DNA from: Lytechinus pictus
Taxonomy: Eukaryota
DNA: 64,000 bases
Reading direction: 5' to 3'
NCBI RefSeq assembly: GCF_037042905.1
Contig: NC_087245.1
Location: 1,986,001 to 2,050,000, forward strand
The notes below the pieces were generated by a model. That model made no database searches and was not told the DNA's origin. It saw only the letters and a program-made list of their open reading frames with translations. Position numbers and translations under genes: made by a program. Below are positions 63,359 through 64,000 of the stretch, one piece after another (the stretch's first letter is position 1; every line of letters starts with the position of its first letter).

Positions 63359-63372
63359 GTTGCTATGGTAAC
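63359..63372. promoter_or_regulatory. RFX X-box-like motif
   Basis: GTTGCTATGGTAAC, ~0.7 kb upstream (on -) of candidate first exon 62647. Confidence 0.35.
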
Positions 63373-64000
63373 GATCAACAAGAAGAAATCTAGGAGACAT
63401 TCAAATCAGAATTACATATAGTTGCTCTTCAGACAAATGCCCATCCCTTCACTCCGTAGTAAACAGTGAAGTATTCAATCACACCTAGTATGCTGTTGAT
63501 AAAAGTAAAGGTATTTCAAACCTACAATTATCAATAGAAAAAAGAAAATATTTCCAATACTACATTAGTTGTTTATCTAATATCCAAGGATGAATGGAGT
63601 TGATACACAGAGAGAGAGAGACAAATGCTTCCAACAATGGATGGTACATGTAGATGGTAAAACAATACTCAATCTACTTCTCTCTGCTTATATGAAAATA
63701 CCCTGTATTCAGATTTTCACAACACCTCGGCGACCGTCAGCTGCCCTTGTTCATATTTGGTTTAGAGATGTGTCACACTTTACCATTCAATCCAGATAAG
63801 TTTAAAAAAACATCAGCCCTGGACAGTTTCCCATGTCATGGTTCATAGAAATCCTAGTGTGTCTTCCATCCACAACTTCACTATTGAATCTAAGCAGTAG
63901 TTGTCAGAAATACACTAGCAGTATCCCCTTCCAATGCAGTGTCACAAGTAAACAATTACCAGTCTTCAAATTTACATTTCCATCAGTCATATCATATATC

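Noticed and set aside
63359..63400. ORF MSPRFLLVDRYHSN ending at gtgagt
   Set aside because: Phase 0, incompatible with the phase-1 acceptor.

Overview
AT-rich eukaryotic genomic DNA, most likely a sea urchin or other echinoderm (inferred from intron style and SINE/MITE families, not proven). The window holds two convergent multi-exon genes. (1) On +, the 3' part of an LRP2/megalin-like receptor: 28 coding exons from 136 to 17658 encoding a YWTD propeller, EGF, 11 LDL-A repeats, 2 EGF, the last propeller, 2 EGF, a TM helix and a cytoplasmic tail. (2) On -, a TRAK/Milton-like mitochondrial kinesin adaptor: 13 phase-consistent coding exons from 46734 to 24847, plus three candidate alternative first coding exons (62647, 56210, 53739) that all splice in phase 1 to the same acceptor. 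The standout is a 4.2-kb intronic tandem array (29293-33495) of 42 x 98 bp copies of the 3' end of a TRAK exon with its splice donor. Almost every unit reads as an AG-flanked, stop-free, phase-symmetric 69-nt cassette exon plus a 29-nt GT..AG spacer, so it may be a combinatorial exon array. A smaller array of the same design lies behind another TRAK exon (44319-44493). Introns also contain many MITEs, SINEs, a nested SINE/MITE/templated-insertion structure with a 104-bp flanking duplication, and a long (TAG/TGG)n microsatellite. Exon boundaries were derived by hand from GT-AG sites and reading phase; no database searches were run.
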